Of a DNA stretch of 64,000 nt, positions 49,773 to 62,463 are shown one piece after another. The stretch comes from an uncultured Actinomycetes bacterium (GTDB lineage Bacteria > Actinomycetota > Thermoleophilia > Gaiellales > JAICJC01), in assembly GCA_963766445.1 (NCBI GenBank), contig CAVXZW010000017.1:24393-88392 (forward strand). The letters are read 5' to 3'. Position 1 is the stretch's first letter; every line of letters starts with the position of its first letter. A program made the translations under genes and the position numbers. The notes under the pieces are model-generated. The model did no database searches and was not told the origin of the DNA. It was given only the letters and a program-made list of their open reading frames with translations.

Positions 49773-50265
49773 CGGCTCTCGTTCGATAGGGGAAGAGGCG
49801 GCGCAGCAGCGGTAGCAGTACCAGCGCCAGCACCGCCGTCTCGACGATCGTGGGGATGATCACGTTGAACAGCTCGAAGCTGACCGGGTATCCGTCGCCC
49901 AGCAGCACGTGGGCAGCGGCCAGGCCGACCTGGACGATGGTCGTCGCCACCACCACGTACAGCAGCTGGACGGCCGGGCGCGGCATCGGCGAGAGCGGCG
50001 ACACGACCACGCTGTCGGACGGCTCCACCCGGTAGGCCACCCACAGCCCGGCGGCCATGTACAGCAGCGACGTCAGGCCCAGCCGGCCGACCAGCATCGC
50101 GTCCAGCAGCACGCCCGCCGCAAAGCCGGTCAGCGCGGCCGCCTCGGCACCGCGCGTGAGCGCGATCGTGACCACCAGGATCACCAGCAGGTCGGGCGTG
50201 ACGCTGCCCGGGATCAGCTGCGGCATCGCCGACAGCTGCACCACGGCCAGCACGAACACGGCCAC
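49750..50265 (-). CDS. mreD: rod shape-determining protein MreD
   Basis: 171-aa hydrophobic ORF directly after mreC. Confidence 0.8.
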   Translation of the reverse strand: MAVFVLAVVQLSAMPQLIPGSVTPDLLVILVVTIALTRGAEAAALTGFAAGVLLDAMLVGRLGLTSLLYMAAGLWVAYRVEPSDSVVVSPLSPMPRPAVQLLYVVVATTIVQVGLAAAHVLLGDGYPVSFELFNVIIPTIVETAVLALVLLPLLRRLFPYRTRADGYPITA

Positions 50266-50288
50266 GATCGCCTTCAGCGTGTCCAGGA

Positions 50289-51185
50289 TCAGGGCGTCTT
50301 CACCACCTTCAGCACCAGCACCCGGTCGAGGCTGCCGAAGTCGACGAAGGGTGTGACCTCGATGCCCTTGTAGACGTCGTTCAGGTCGGACTGGCTGACG
50401 CTCGTCACCAGGCCGATCGGGATGCCGGCCGGAAGCAGCGCCTGCAGGCCCTGGCGGTTGGGCTGAAGGCCGGCCGTCACCACCACCTGGTTCGGCTTCA
50501 CCTGCTCGGCCTGCGGCACCATCTGCAGGTCAAGCACGCCCGGGTTGCCCGGGTTGGGCACCGCCACGCCGCGCACCGTGCCGCCCTGGACGCGCGCGGA
50601 CACGGCCGTGTCCGGGTCGAGGATCAGCTCCACGCTGCTGGCGCTGGGAGTGACCGTGGTGACGCGCCCGACCAGTCCCGCGAACAGGTCGCTGCTGCCG
50701 GCCGGCGCCACCACCGGATCGCCCACCGCGACGCCGCCGGTGCTGCCCACGTTGACGGTGATCGTCTGGCTGTAGGCGTTCGGCACCTGCCGCGTGACGG
50801 TGGCGCCCACGAACGGATACTGCGCTGCGATCTGCGAGTTCTGGGTGAAGTGCAGCAGCTGGTTGTCCTGCGCCAGCTCCGCTTCGACCTGCTGCAGCGT
50901 CTGGTTGGCCGCGTTCGCGATCTCCAGCTCGTCCTTCAGCTTCGCGTTCTCGGAGCGCGCGTCGACCAGGCCGCTCGTCCAGTTCCACGCGTCCACGAAC
51001 GGCTTGGTGACGCGCGTGGTGGCCGATGAGAAGGGTGCGGTGATCGCCAGCGCGCCGCGCTGGATGGCTCCGATCGCGCCCTCCGAGCCCTGTCGGAACG
51101 AGAGGGTGAGAAGCGTGAGCGAGGCCGCTAGGAGCAGGCCGATCACGGCCCGCCGCCGGAGATGTCGGTTCTTGCCGATCAGCAT
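50289..51185 (-). CDS. mreC: rod shape-determining protein MreC
   Basis: 298-aa ORF with a TM anchor, a coiled coil (ENAKLKDELEIANAANQTLQQVEAELA) and beta-rich C-terminal domains. Confidence 0.9.
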   Translation of the reverse strand: MLIGKNRHLRRRAVIGLLLAASLTLLTLSFRQGSEGAIGAIQRGALAITAPFSSATTRVTKPFVDAWNWTSGLVDARSENAKLKDELEIANAANQTLQQVEAELAQDNQLLHFTQNSQIAAQYPFVGATVTRQVPNAYSQTITVNVGSTGGVAVGDPVVAPAGSSDLFAGLVGRVTTVTPSASSVELILDPDTAVSARVQGGTVRGVAVPNPGNPGVLDLQMVPQAEQVKPNQVVVTAGLQPNRQGLQALLPAGIPIGLVTSVSQSDLNDVYKGIEVTPFVDFGSLDRVLVLKVVKTP

Positions 51186-51317
51186 TTCAGAAGGCGGTCG
51201 GGTGAACGAACAGTCTACGCGAGGCGTGTTAAGTAGGCGTTAGCAGGGGCTTCGCGCTGTCGCCTGCGGCCGGTTCCGCGGGTAGGCTCGTCCTGACCCT
51301 CGAGCGGGAGGCACCAC

Positions 51318-51551
51318 GTGCAAAAGCGCAACCTCGCGATCGCCGCCGTCGTACTCGGCATCGTGTTCATCATCATCGGCATCGTCTACTTCGTGGAGCC
51401 CGCGAAGTCGCTGCCCTCCTTCTTCCCCGGCCACCAGTCCGGCTCCGACCACCATCACACCAAGCACGGCATCGCCGCGGTGCTGGTGGGGATCGGCTGC
51501 TTCGTGTTCGCCTGGTTCCAGTCCGGTCCGCGCAGCGCCGACGCTACTTGA
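51318..51551 (+). CDS. small membrane protein (77 aa, two TM, HHH loop)
   Basis: MQKRNLAIAAVVLGIVFIIIGIVYF...GSDHHHTKHGIAAVLVGIGCFVFAWF. One of the few plus-strand genes, lying inside the mre cluster. Confidence 0.55.
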   Translation: MQKRNLAIAAVVLGIVFIIIGIVYFVEPAKSLPSFFPGHQSGSDHHHTKHGIAAVLVGIGCFVFAWFQSGPRSADAT

Positions 51552-52434
51552 CCAGGAGGTAGATCGACGAGGCCAGCCCGGCCACGAAGCAGTAGATCGC
51601 AAACGGCGTCAGCCGGTTGGTCTCGAAGTACTTGACCAGGAAGCGCACCGAGAACCAGGCGGTCAGCGCCGAGCACAGCGACGCCGCGAGCGCCTGCCCG
51701 CGCACCCCGTCACCGGTTGCGCCGAACAGGTCGGGCAGCTTCAGCAGCGCCGCGGCGCCGATGATCGGCGTCGCCAGCAGGAACGAGAAGCGCGCCGCGT
51801 CCTCGTTGGAGAGGCCGGTCAGCAGGCCGCCGGCCATCGAGGCACCGCTGCGCGAGAACCCGGGGATCAGCGCGATCGCCTGGGCGGCGCCGATGCCGAC
51901 CGCGTCGCGGTAGCTGGTCTCGCCGGAGATGCGCTCGTCGGACGCGAGCGGATCGGACGTCTCCACCACCGGCGCCCGCCGCCGCAGCCGCTCCGCGCCG
52001 TACAGCATCACGCCGTTCAGCATCAGGAAGAACGCCGCCGACTGCGCCGATGCGAACACCGTGCGCAGCGAGTCCTGGAACAGCAGACCCAGCAGTCCGG
52101 CCGGCACCGTCCCGACCACCAGCAGCCAGCCCAGCTTGGCGTCGTGGTTTTCGGGCGCGATCCGGCGGTCGGCCAGCGAGCGCCACATGCCGGCGAAGAT
52201 CCGCATCCAGTCGCGGAAGAAGAAGATGAACAGGACGATCGCCGTCGCCAGATGGGTCGCGATCAGAAACGTGATGAAGTACTCGTCGTTCTGGTGGATG
52301 TCCCAGCCCAGCAGCTGCGGCAGGATCACGCTATGGCCGAGGCTCGAGATCGGGAACAGCTCCGAGAACCCCTGCAGCAGCCCCAGCAGGATCGCCTGGA
52401 AGTAGGTGATGGGCTCGGCGGTCAGCAACAGCAC
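51544..52434 (-). CDS. uppP: undecaprenyl-diphosphate phosphatase (UppP/BacA)
   Basis: 296-aa ORF with GLLQGFSELFPISSLGH and PGFSRSGASMAGGLL motifs. Confidence 0.9.
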   Translation of the reverse strand: MLLLTAEPITYFQAILLGLLQGFSELFPISSLGHSVILPQLLGWDIHQNDEYFITFLIATHLATAIVLFIFFFRDWMRIFAGMWRSLADRRIAPENHDAKLGWLLVVGTVPAGLLGLLFQDSLRTVFASAQSAAFFLMLNGVMLYGAERLRRRAPVVETSDPLASDERISGETSYRDAVGIGAAQAIALIPGFSRSGASMAGGLLTGLSNEDAARFSFLLATPIIGAAALLKLPDLFGATGDGVRGQALAASLCSALTAWFSVRFLVKYFETNRLTPFAIYCFVAGLASSIYLLVK

Positions 52435-52479
52435 CGGGCCAGGTTACCGGCGGGTTCGGCCGTAAGCGCCGGTGAGCGG

Positions 52480-53502
<1,023 letters not shown>

Positions 53503-53599
53503 ATCGCGGCCGCCGAATCCCGGTCAGTGAGTTGAAGATTCCGATCGAACGTCCTTTGGAAAAGCCGCTGCAATTGCAGCCAAATCAGGGCAGCGCAGT

Positions 53600-54214
53600 C
53601 TAGCAGTCGGCCGGTGCGGCGGCTTCGGCCAACGCGTCGACCAGCGCGGCCACCGGCAGCCCCACAACGTTGGTGTAGTCGCCGGCGATGGCGGTCACCA
53701 GCGCGGCGCCGCGGCCCTGGACGGCGTACCCCCCGGCCCTGCCGCGCCACTCGCCCTCCCCCAGGTACCACTCGATCTCGCGCTCGGCCAGGTCGCGGAA
53801 GGTGACGTCGGTGGCCGCCAGGCGGACGTGCTCCGTCTCGGAGCAGCGCAGGCACAGCCCCGAGTAGACGGTGTGGGTGCGGCCGGCCAGACGGCGCAGC
53901 ATCGCCCCGGCCTCGGACGCGTCGGCCGGCTTGGCGAGACTGTCGCCGTCGAGGGCAACGGTGGTGTCGACGCCCAGCACCCACGCGCCCTCGACCGAGC
54001 GGGCCTTGCCCACGGCGTGAATGACGACCAGCTCCGACGGCCCCTCGCCGGGCGGGTCGACCTCGACGTAGCCGGGCTCGACAACGGTGAAGGTGATCCC
54101 GAGCTGGGTGAGGATGGCGCGGCGCTGCGGCGAGCGGGAGGCGAGCACGAGCGGCTGTGGGGGGTGGATCACTCGGATGCGTCCGAAGCCCGACCCCTCA
54201 GACCAGCTCGTCAT
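53600..54214 (-). CDS. maf: Maf-family nucleoside triphosphate pyrophosphatase
   Basis: [19 protein letters not shown]...AGGYAVQG. 204-aa ORF (the start may be internal). Confidence 0.85.
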   Translation of the reverse strand: MTSWSEGSGFGRIRVIHPPQPLVLASRSPQRRAILTQLGITFTVVEPGYVEVDPPGEGPSELVVIHAVGKARSVEGAWVLGVDTTVALDGDSLAKPADASEAGAMLRRLAGRTHTVYSGLCLRCSETEHVRLAATDVTFRDLAEREIEWYLGEGEWRGRAGGYAVQGRGAALVTAIAGDYTNVVGLPVAALVDALAEAAAPADC

Positions 54215-54620
54215 CCGCGAAGTAGATCGCGATCTCCCGCTCGGCCGACGCCGTGGAGTCCGACCCGTGCACCGCGTTCTCGCCGATCTCGAGCGCGTAG
54301 TCGCCGCGGATGGTGCCCGGCGCGGAGTCCAGCGGGTTGGTGGTGCCCATCATCGTGCGCACCGTCGCCACCGCGCCCGGGCCCTCCAGCACCATCGCCA
54401 CCACCGGCCCCGACGTGATGAACTCGACCAGGTCGGGGTAGAACGGCTTGCCCTCGTGCTCCGCGTAGTGCTGGGATGCCTGCTGCTCGCTGACCCGCAG
54501 CAGCTTCATGCCCCGGATCGCGAACCCGCGCCGCTCGAAGCGACCCAGGAGCTCCCCGGACAGCCGGCGGGCGTGGGCATCGGGTTTGATCATCACGAAC
54601 GTGCGCTCGAGGTCGGCCAC
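54198..54620 (-). CDS. ndk: nucleoside-diphosphate kinase
   Basis: [11 protein letters not shown]...[16 protein letters not shown] before GTG 54620. Trimmed from ORF 54198..55007. Confidence 0.95.
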   Translation of the reverse strand: MADLERTFVMIKPDAHARRLSGELLGRFERRGFAIRGMKLLRVSEQQASQHYAEHEGKPFYPDLVEFITSGPVVAMVLEGPGAVATVRTMMGTTNPLDSAPGTIRGDYALEIGENAVHGSDSTASAEREIAIYFADDELV

Positions 54621-54655
54621 AAAGACTCCTTGTACGGGAACGGCGGAGCCGAAGC

Positions 54656-55207
54656 TTAGAGCGGGGCGTCGGTGGTCGTACGCCCGCTGACCACGTCGCG
54701 GGTACGCGGCGTGGCGCCGCCGGCCACGGCCGTCTCGCAGTAGGGGCAGAGCCGCCACTCCGGATCGAGCGGGCTCTTGCAGCGCCGGCAGGCGTTCTTG
54801 AGCTTGGTGCCGCAATGCGGGCACGACAGGAAGCTGGGGTCGGCCGGGTTGCGGCAGTACGGGCAGACCTGATCGGCGCCCAGCCGCCGCTCCATCGCCC
54901 GGATCTCGAGCTCGCGCTCGCGGACGTCGCTGAGGTACTCGGGCGGCCGCAGGAACATGTAGATGACGACCCCGAGCGGGCCAAACAGCACGGCGGCGGC
55001 GACGCACACCGAGACGATCACCTGGTCATCGATGCGGCGGCGGGCGTCCTTGGCCGTCCAGAACGCCAGTGCCAGCCAGATCGCGATCACGAACAGCCCC
55101 GATATGCGCTCGATGGCCGTGAAGTAGCCCGAGCTGAAGAAGTCCCCGACGCCCGAGAACGGGCCGGAGGAGGACGAATCGGTGGTTTGAGTAGCGAGCA
55201 GGTTCAC
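54656..55207 (-). CDS. membrane protein with a double zinc-ribbon domain
   Basis: 183-aa ORF with two TM helices, then CPYC...CPHC...CRRC...CPYC. Confidence 0.7.
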   Translation of the reverse strand: MNLLATQTTDSSSSGPFSGVGDFFSSGYFTAIERISGLFVIAIWLALAFWTAKDARRRIDDQVIVSVCVAAAVLFGPLGVVIYMFLRPPEYLSDVRERELEIRAMERRLGADQVCPYCRNPADPSFLSCPHCGTKLKNACRRCKSPLDPEWRLCPYCETAVAGGATPRTRDVVSGRTTTDAPL

Positions 55208-55255
55208 GCGTTCCTCTTTAGAGTCTAAGTGGCAGTCCGGTCGGACCGCAATGGT

Positions 55256-56381
55256 TCAGTCGGGTGCGTCACCGCTGAGATCGTGCAGCAGGTACAGCGA
55301 TCCGCACACGACGACGGCGCCGTTCGGCCCGGCCAGCACCCGCGCAGCCTCGAGCGCCTCCTTCGGCCGTTCGCAGGACGGTCCGCCGGCCAGCGACGCC
55401 ACGGTGTCGGCCGGAAGCGACCGCGGGTTGCTGGAGGTGGTGGCGATGATGGTCGGGCACACCGTCCGCAGCAGCGAGACCATCGACGCAACGTCCTTGT
55501 CGGCCATCGCCGCGAACACGGCCACCGCCTGGCGGTCGCCGAGCAGCGCGGGCAGCTCCGCGGCCAGGCGCTGCATGCCGGCCGGGTTGTGGGCACCATC
55601 CCAGATCTCGAGCGGACGGCGGCCGCGCACCTCCAGCCGCCCAGGCACCACGAGCTGCTCGATCGGCGACGGGTCGACGGGCCGGCCCAGCAGCGTCTCC
55701 ACCGCCGCCCGCGCCACCGCCCGGTTCTGATCCTGATAGGAACCGCCCACCGTCACGACCTTGGTACGCGCGGCCTGCGGTGCCGCGTCCTCCCAGCCCG
55801 GCCTCGCCGATCACCAGGTCGCCGCCCTCGGGTACCACGGCCAGCTTCTCGGCGGCGATCCGCTCGCGGGTCTGGCCCAGCAGCTCGGAGTGCTCGAGCG
55901 ACACGTTGGTCAGCACCTGCACGCGCGAGCGCGCCAGCACGTTGGTCGCATCCAGCCGGCCGCCGAGACCGGCCTCCACCACCGCAACCTGAACGCCCGC
56001 CGCGGCGAACGCGACGTAGGCGGCTGCCGTCAGCGCCTCGAACTGGGTCACCTCGATCCCGGTGTCGCGCACCGCCGAGACCGCCCGCTCGTAGCCCTCG
56101 GCCGAGATCGTCTCACCGCCGATCCGGATCCGCTCGCGGAACGTGGTGATGTGCGGCGAGGTGTATGCACCGGTGGCAACACCCTCCGCCTCGAGCAGCA
56201 CCTCGCAGAAGCGAACCGTGGACGACTTGCCGTTGGAGCCGACGATGTGGATCGCGTCGAAGCGCTGCTCGGGGTGGCCGAGCGCCTCCATCAGGGCGTG
56301 CATGCGTTCGAGCCCGAACTGCATGCCCATCAGCTCGAGCGACTCGATGTAGTCGGCTCCGCTCATCACAACCGGGGTCAC
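55256..56381 (-). CDS. folC: folylpolyglutamate synthase/dihydrofolate synthase FolC, one frame shift
   Basis: HIVGSNGKSST P-loop and EAGLGGRLDATN. C-terminal domain in ORF 55256..55756. Shift near 55797. GTG start overlaps the valS TGA. Confidence 0.9.
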
Positions 56382-58921
56382 AGCGCTTCCAGCCTACGCT
56401 GGATGTCGGACACCTCGCCGGCGAACCGCTCCGCCTTCTCCCGCTCGGCGTCCACCACCTGCGCAGGCGCGCGGGCCAGGAAGCCCTCGTTGGCCAGCTT
56501 CGACCGGGCTCGCTCGTGCTCGGCCACCGCCGCCTTCAGCTTCGCCTCCAGCGACTCGCGGTCGCCGCGGGCCACCACGACCGCCGCCGCGGCAGCGCGC
56601 GTCGTGCTCGACGGCCACGCCCTTCGCGCGCTCCAGCAGCGCCATGAACAGCGAACCGGGCGCCGCCGTCACCAGCGGCCGCTCGCCCTCGCCGGCCAGG
56701 CGCCGCGCCTCCGACACCACCTCCATGTCGTTGCGGGCCGACTCCTCGAGCGCCGGGTCGCGGTGGTCGAGCTGCGGCTCCGGCACCGGCGACACCAGCA
56801 GCATCGCCCGCTCGCCCGGCAGGAAGCCCCAGATCTCCTCGGTCACGAACGGCATCACCGGGTGGGCCAGCGCCACCGTGCGCTCGAGCACCCACAGGAG
56901 CGTCGCCGACACCTGGCGCCGCGCCGACTCGTCCTCGCCGTACAACCGCGCCTTGGCGGCCTCCACGTACCAGTCGCAGAAGTCGTTCCAGATGAACCCG
57001 TACAGCCCCTTCACGGCCGCGGCGAAGTCGTAGGTGTCCAGCTGCCCCACCACGTCGTCGATGGTGTCCGCCAGCCGCGACAGGATCCAGCGGTCCTCGG
57101 CCGTCGTTGCCAGCGGGGCCGGCTCCGCCTCCGGGTCGGTCTGCAGCAGCACGAACCGGGCCGCGTTCCAGAGCTTGTTGGCCAGTTTCGCGCCCTCGTC
57201 CAGCATGCCCTCGGAGAAGCGCACGTCCTGGGTCGAGCTCATCTTGAGCAGGCCGTAGCGGGTGCCGTCGGCGCCGAACTGCTCGATCAGGTCGAGCGGG
57301 TTGACGCCGGTGCCGAGCGACTTGGACATGCGGCGACCGTCCGCGGCCTGGATGATCGATGTGATGTAGACGTCCGAGAACGGCTTCTCGCCCATGAACT
57401 CGATGCCCATCATCAGCATCCGCGCCACCCACAGGTTGATGATGTCGCGGGCGGTGACCAGCACGTTGCCCCGGATAGAACGTGGCCAGGCGCTCGTTCG
57501 GCTCGGGCCAGCCCAGCGTCGCGAACGGCCACAGCGCAGATGAGAACCAGGTGTCCAGCACGTCGGGGTCGCGCTCCAGCTCGGCCGACCCGCACTCACC
57601 GCAGGCGGCGGGTGGCTCCACGCTCACGGTCCGGTGCCCGTCCGGGCAGTACCAGACCGGGATCTGGTGGCCCCACCAGAGCTGGCGGGAGATGCACCAG
57701 GGCCGGATGTTGTCCATCCAGTGGAAGTAGATGGCCTCCTGGTTCTTGGGCACGAAGCGGACGCTGCCGGAACGCACCTCGGCGTTGGCGGCGGCGGCCA
57801 GCGAGTCCATCTGCATGAACCACTGCAGCGAGATCAGCGGCTCGATGCGGTCGCCGGTGCGGTCGCAGTGGCCGACCTCATGCTCGTAGGGCCGCTCGCC
57901 GTGCAGCAGCTGCTCGCTGAACAGGCGGTCGATCACCTTCTGGCGGGCCTCGCCCACGGCCAGCCCGGCGAACTCGCCGGCCTCCGCCGACATGCGGCCG
58001 TCGAACCCGATCACCGAGATCTCGGGCAGGCCGTGGCGGCGCCCGATCTCGAAGTCGTTGGGGTCGTGGCCGGGCGTGACCTTGAGCGCGCCGGTGCCGA
58101 AGTCCATCTTCACGTAGTCGTCGGCGATGATCGGCACCTCGCGGCCCACGATCGGCACGATCGCCGTCTTGCCGACCAGGTGGCGGTAGCGGTCGTCGTC
58201 CGGGTGCACGGCCACGGCCGTGTCGGCCAGGATCGTCTCGGGCCGCACGGTGGCCACGGTCAGGAACTGGTCGGTGCCGGTGATCGGGTAGCGCACCTCG
58301 TAGAGCGCGTCGGCGGCGCGCTCGTGGCGCACCTCCAGGTCGGACACGGTCGAGCCGCAGCCCGGGCACCAGTTGACGATGCGGTTGTCGCGGTAGATCA
58401 GGCCCTTGTCGTAGAGCCGCACGAACATCTCCATCACCGCCCGCACGTAGCCCTCGTCCATGGTGAAGCGCTCGTGGTCGTAGTCGAGCGTGCAGCCCAG
58501 CCGCTTCAGCTGCTGGATGATGGTGGCGCCGGTCTCGCGCCGCCACTCCCAGACGCGCTCGACGAACGCCTCGCGGCCGACGTCGATGCGGGTCGTCCCC
58601 TCCGCCCGCAGCTGCTTCTCGATCACGGCGTGCACGGCGATCGACGCATGGTCGGTGCCGCAGATCCAGAGCGTGTTGCGCCCGCGCATCCGGTGCAGCC
58701 GCATCAGCGTGTCCTGGATCGAGCCGTTCAGCGCGTGGCCCATGTGCAGCTCGCCGGTCACGTTCGGCGGCGGCAGCGCGATCACGTAGGTCTCGGCGTC
58801 GCTTTCGGGGTCGCCGGAGAAGCCGCACTCGCGCTCCCAGCGCTCGAACAGGCGGCGCCTCGACGGCCTCCGGCTGGTGGCGGGTGCGACGCTCGAGCTC
58901 GTCTCTGCGGGCGCCGGCCAT
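56378..58921 (-). CDS. valS: valine--tRNA ligase, three frame shifts
   Basis: PPPNVTGELHMGH and KMSKSLGT. Start ATG 58921 in the frame of ORF 57878..59005. Main body in ORF 56536..58932, then ORF 56394..57599, then the coiled-coil end in ORF 56378..56578. Shifts near 58860, 57470 and 56595. Confidence 0.95.
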
Positions 58922-58946
58922 AGACGGGCCATTGTAGTGTTGGGCG

Positions 58947-59756
58947 ATGCGCGTGCGGGTGGTATGGCTGATGTGTGGCCTGGTCGCCGCGGTCACGGCG
59001 ATCACCTACTGGCGGCTGCCGGCCGGCGCGACGTACCACTTCGACGACACCGGGCCCAGCGGGGCGGCGTCGCGCCTGGTCAGCTACCTCAACTTCCCGG
59101 TCGCGCTGATCGCGATCGCGCTGGTGGGAGCGGCCGCGCGAGGGCCGATGGCGTGGCTGGCGATCGTGCTGTGCGCGGCCGTGGCGCTGCCGGGCGTCGT
59201 CAGCCAGGACGACCTCACCGCCACCTGGGCCAACCTGCCGGCCGTGATCGGCGTGGCGCTGGCGTTCTGGCTGACCTGGTGGGCGCCGCGGCGCTGGGAT
59301 CCCCCGCTGGGGCGGGCGCGGATCGTGATCATGGTGCTGCTGGCGATCTGGTCGATCCCCTGGATGATCGCGTCGGTCGGCCTCTACGCGCAGGACCTGC
59401 CACTGCTCGGCCACGTGATCAACTCGCGCCAGCCGACGCCGGGCCATCCGCAGCTGGCGTCCGTGCACCGTGGCCTGCACGAGGGCCTGTTCGGGCTGAT
59501 GCTGGTGATCACGGCGCTTCTGATCTCACGCCGCCGTGGGATCTCCACGGCGCTGTCGCTGTACCTGGCGCTGATGCTCTGCTACGGGCTGGCGGTGTCG
59601 TTCAACGACGGCTGGAACGAGCAGGTCGTGAAGCGCGGATGGACCAGCCACAACCCGCCGTCGGTGCTGTCGCCGTCGCTGAGCGTGGCCTGGGCGGTCG
59701 TGCTGGTGGCGGCGGTGCTGGTGCACCAGTTCTGGTTCAGGCGGGAGCGGTTCTAG
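58947..59756 (+). CDS. hypothetical integral membrane protein
   Basis: 269-aa ORF with about 7 hydrophobic helices. Divergent from valS (25-bp gap). Confidence 0.65.
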   Translation: MRVRVVWLMCGLVAAVTAITYWRLPAGATYHFDDTGPSGAASRLVSYLNFPVALIAIALVGAAARGPMAWLAIVLCAAVALPGVVSQDDLTATWANLPAVIGVALAFWLTWWAPRRWDPPLGRARIVIMVLLAIWSIPWMIASVGLYAQDLPLLGHVINSRQPTPGHPQLASVHRGLHEGLFGLMLVITALLISRRRGISTALSLYLALMLCYGLAVSFNDGWNEQVVKRGWTSHNPPSVLSPSLSVAWAVVLVAAVLVHQFWFRRERF

Positions 59757-61235
59757 GCCGAAGGAAGCGCGCCCGAGCCACGGGCATGCACCGGCTTGAC
59801 CCGGGGATCGACGGCCACGACGGCGGTCTGGGGACGGCGCTCCGGCCTCCGCGGCGCCTTGCGGGGCGGCGCAGGCAGCAGCGCGCGCATCACCTTGCCC
59901 GGCACGGCGCCGGCGGGCAACGGCAGCAGCGCGCGGGAGGCGGCCACCACGTCTGCCTGCTGGTCGGCGTGCGGTGATCGGCGTGATCGGTCGCACCAGG
60001 TGCAACGGATGCGGCGGCTCCAGCGAGCCGTCGGCCCAGATCCGGGCGTAACCGTCCCAGGGCACGCTGTCCAGCGGCACCGCTGCGATCGGCCGCCCGC
60101 GGCCGGAGGCGACGATCACCATTCCGTGACCCGCGTACATGGCCACGTGGTAGGGCTCGCCGCTGTACGTCCCCAGGAACACCAGATCGCCGGGGCGCAG
60201 GTTTCGCTTCGCGATCGGGATGCCCATCTGCCACAGCACGGCGGCGGTGGGCCGGCCCGGCAGCGCGTGTCCGGCGGCCGAGTAGGCGTAGTCGACGAGG
60301 CCGGAGCAGTCGAAGCCGCCCTCGGTGCGGCTCTCGCCGCCCCACACGTACGGCCAGCCGATCTGCTGGGCGGCGGCGCGCACGATGTTGGCGCGAACGC
60401 CCCGTCCCAGCTCCGGCAGGTTGGTCGGGTGGTGCACCGCCACGCGATGGTGGTGATGGTGGCGCTTCTGGGCCTTCGCCTGGTGGTGGGTGTGCTGCTG
60501 CTTGTGGTGCTTGTGGTGGTGCCCGGTGGTCGGGGTCGGAGCGGGCGGCGGGCCAGGGTTGGTCGGTGCCGCCGCCGTCGTTGCCGCCGTTGGTCCGCCG
60601 CCGTCGGTGGTGCCGCCGCCGGAGGGTGGCGGCGACGCAGGCGCCGCGAAGGACACGCGGCCGAGATCGATGAAGGTGCCGGCCGAGACGCCGTCGTGAT
60701 CGGCGGTGACATCGATCTGGACGCCGGCCACGCCGTCGTCGTCGAGCGGGGCGGCGACGGTCAACGTGCCCCAGTCACCGAGTGCCAGCGGCTGGTCGCC
60801 GGGCTTCGGTGCGGCCACGGCCGTTCCGTCGATCACCAGATCTCTCAACCTCAAGTCGACGGTTGGAGTTTGGCCGGCGGCGGTCTGCGAGACCAAGACG
60901 TGCAGGCGGCCCAGCGTCAACTCACCTCCGAAGAGGGAGGCGCCTTTCACGAAGACCTCGCCGGATGCAGCCGAATCGTTCGCCGTGACGGTGCTCCACG
61001 AGTGCGCCACCTGCACGGCGGGTGCGTCGGTGGAGGACTGCCAGACGGTCGTCCCGGCCGTGGCATCTCCCGGCAACTCGGCCGTGGGCGAAACCGTGAC
61101 CGTGCCGTCGGCGGCTACGATCAGCACGCTTTGGGATGACACGCGCGGGGTCGTATCTGCACCGGCCGCGACCGCGGCGAAGCCTGCGGCGATCAATGCC
61201 GCGGCAAACCCCGTCCTGAGAAGCCCCCACCTCAC
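59753..61235 (-). CDS. secreted NlpC/P60 (C40) peptidoglycan hydrolase with a His-rich linker, one frame shift
   Basis: Signal peptide, ~200-aa N-terminal domain, HHHKHHKQQHTHHQAKAQKRHHHHH linker, NlpC/P60 core (YVWGGESRTEGGFDCSGLV...HVAMY). Tail in ORF 59753..59950. Shift near 59972. Confidence 0.85.
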
Positions 61236-61244
61236 GCGGACACC

Positions 61245-62330
61245 TTACCCCAGGTTGTCGGCTGTCAATAGGTCTGACACCGCAATTTCACCGAACGTTT
61301 CAACTGAAAAGTCCTCGACGCCATTGCTGTAGATCGCGACCACCAGCGGCCCGTGGTAGGTGAAAACGACGGCCACATCGTTGTCGGCGTCGTCCAGCCA
61401 GCCGATCTTGTGGGCCACCGGGAGCCCGTGGGCGCCCGCCGGAACCAGACCTGGATCCTGCGCGTGCACCATCAGGTAGAGCAGCTCGCGGGCCTCGTGG
61501 GGCGAGGTGCCGTGCCTGAGCAGCGGCCCCTGCCCGGCGGCTGCGTCCACCAGCATCGCGGCGAGGGCGGCCATGTCGCCGGCGGTGGTGTGCTTGTAGG
61601 CGGTGGGCGGCTGGTCGACGACGCCCAGCAGCGACGAGCCGCCACCGCCGTCGATCAGGTAGCCGCCGGCCATGTAGGTGTGCGTCAACCCCAGCGACTT
61701 CATCAGCTCCACCATGTCGGCGGCGCCGTCGGCGTCGCCGCCGCCGGTCTGCTCGAGCAGCTCGTTGGCGGCGGCGTTATCGGAGTAGCGGGTGACCCGC
61801 ACCATCGGGTCCCAGTACTCGGAGCGCTCCAGCTCGCCGTCGTTGTCTGCTAAGGCAACCAGCATGATCGGCAGCTTCAGCGTGCTGGCCGCCTCGAACT
61901 CGGCGCCGGCGTTGTAGGCCGCGGCGCGGCCGCTCCATGACCGGCTGTAGATCGAGACGTGGGGCGTCACCATGCCTGCCAGATGACTCAATCTCTTGTT
62001 GAGGGTTAGATCAGGGTGCGGCTTGGGAAGCGGCAGGATCGACCCGCTCGGAACCCCGAACACTGGGCCTACCCGGTGGCCGCCGACGGTCACGTTGCCG
62101 TCGCCGCGGGGCACACCGGGAAGCACCCTGTCGAAGCGGCCGTCGGCCGCTACCGGCAACCGCCAGCGGTGCTTGCGCGACACCACCACCAGGGTGCTGC
62201 CGGCCGGCGCCGTGCCGCGGACGCGGCCGTCCCACAACTCGTAGGGCTGCGGCTGCGCGACGTGCACCGACGCCGGATCGGGTGGCGGCGCGGTCACAAG
62301 CGCGGCCAGCATCAGCATCAGTCGCAGCAT
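61245..62330 (-). CDS. secreted serine hydrolase, class A beta-lactamase-like
   Basis: 361-aa ORF with a signal peptide, ASTLK (SxxK), YSDN (SDN) and HKIGW (KTG-like) motifs, plus an extra ~110-aa N-terminal region. Confidence 0.8.
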   Translation of the reverse strand: MLRLMLMLAALVTAPPPDPASVHVAQPQPYELWDGRVRGTAPAGSTLVVVSRKHRWRLPVAADGRFDRVLPGVPRGDGNVTVGGHRVGPVFGVPSGSILPLPKPHPDLTLNKRLSHLAGMVTPHVSIYSRSWSGRAAAYNAGAEFEAASTLKLPIMLVALADNDGELERSEYWDPMVRVTRYSDNAAANELLEQTGGGDADGAADMVELMKSLGLTHTYMAGGYLIDGGGGSSLLGVVDQPPTAYKHTTAGDMAALAAMLVDAAAGQGPLLRHGTSPHEARELLYLMVHAQDPGLVPAGAHGLPVAHKIGWLDDADNDVAVVFTYHGPLVVAIYSNGVEDFSVETFGEIAVSDLLTADNLG

Positions 62331-62463
62331 GGCCGTTCAGTGTATGGGTCGGCGCGGCCGGGCGCGGGGTGACGGCGCGGGCAGTAGAACAACGTGACCA
62401 CGCCGCTACCGGTGCCGCGCTCGGAACATCCAAGACGGCCGTGGCTCGCCCCCGAGGGGCGAG

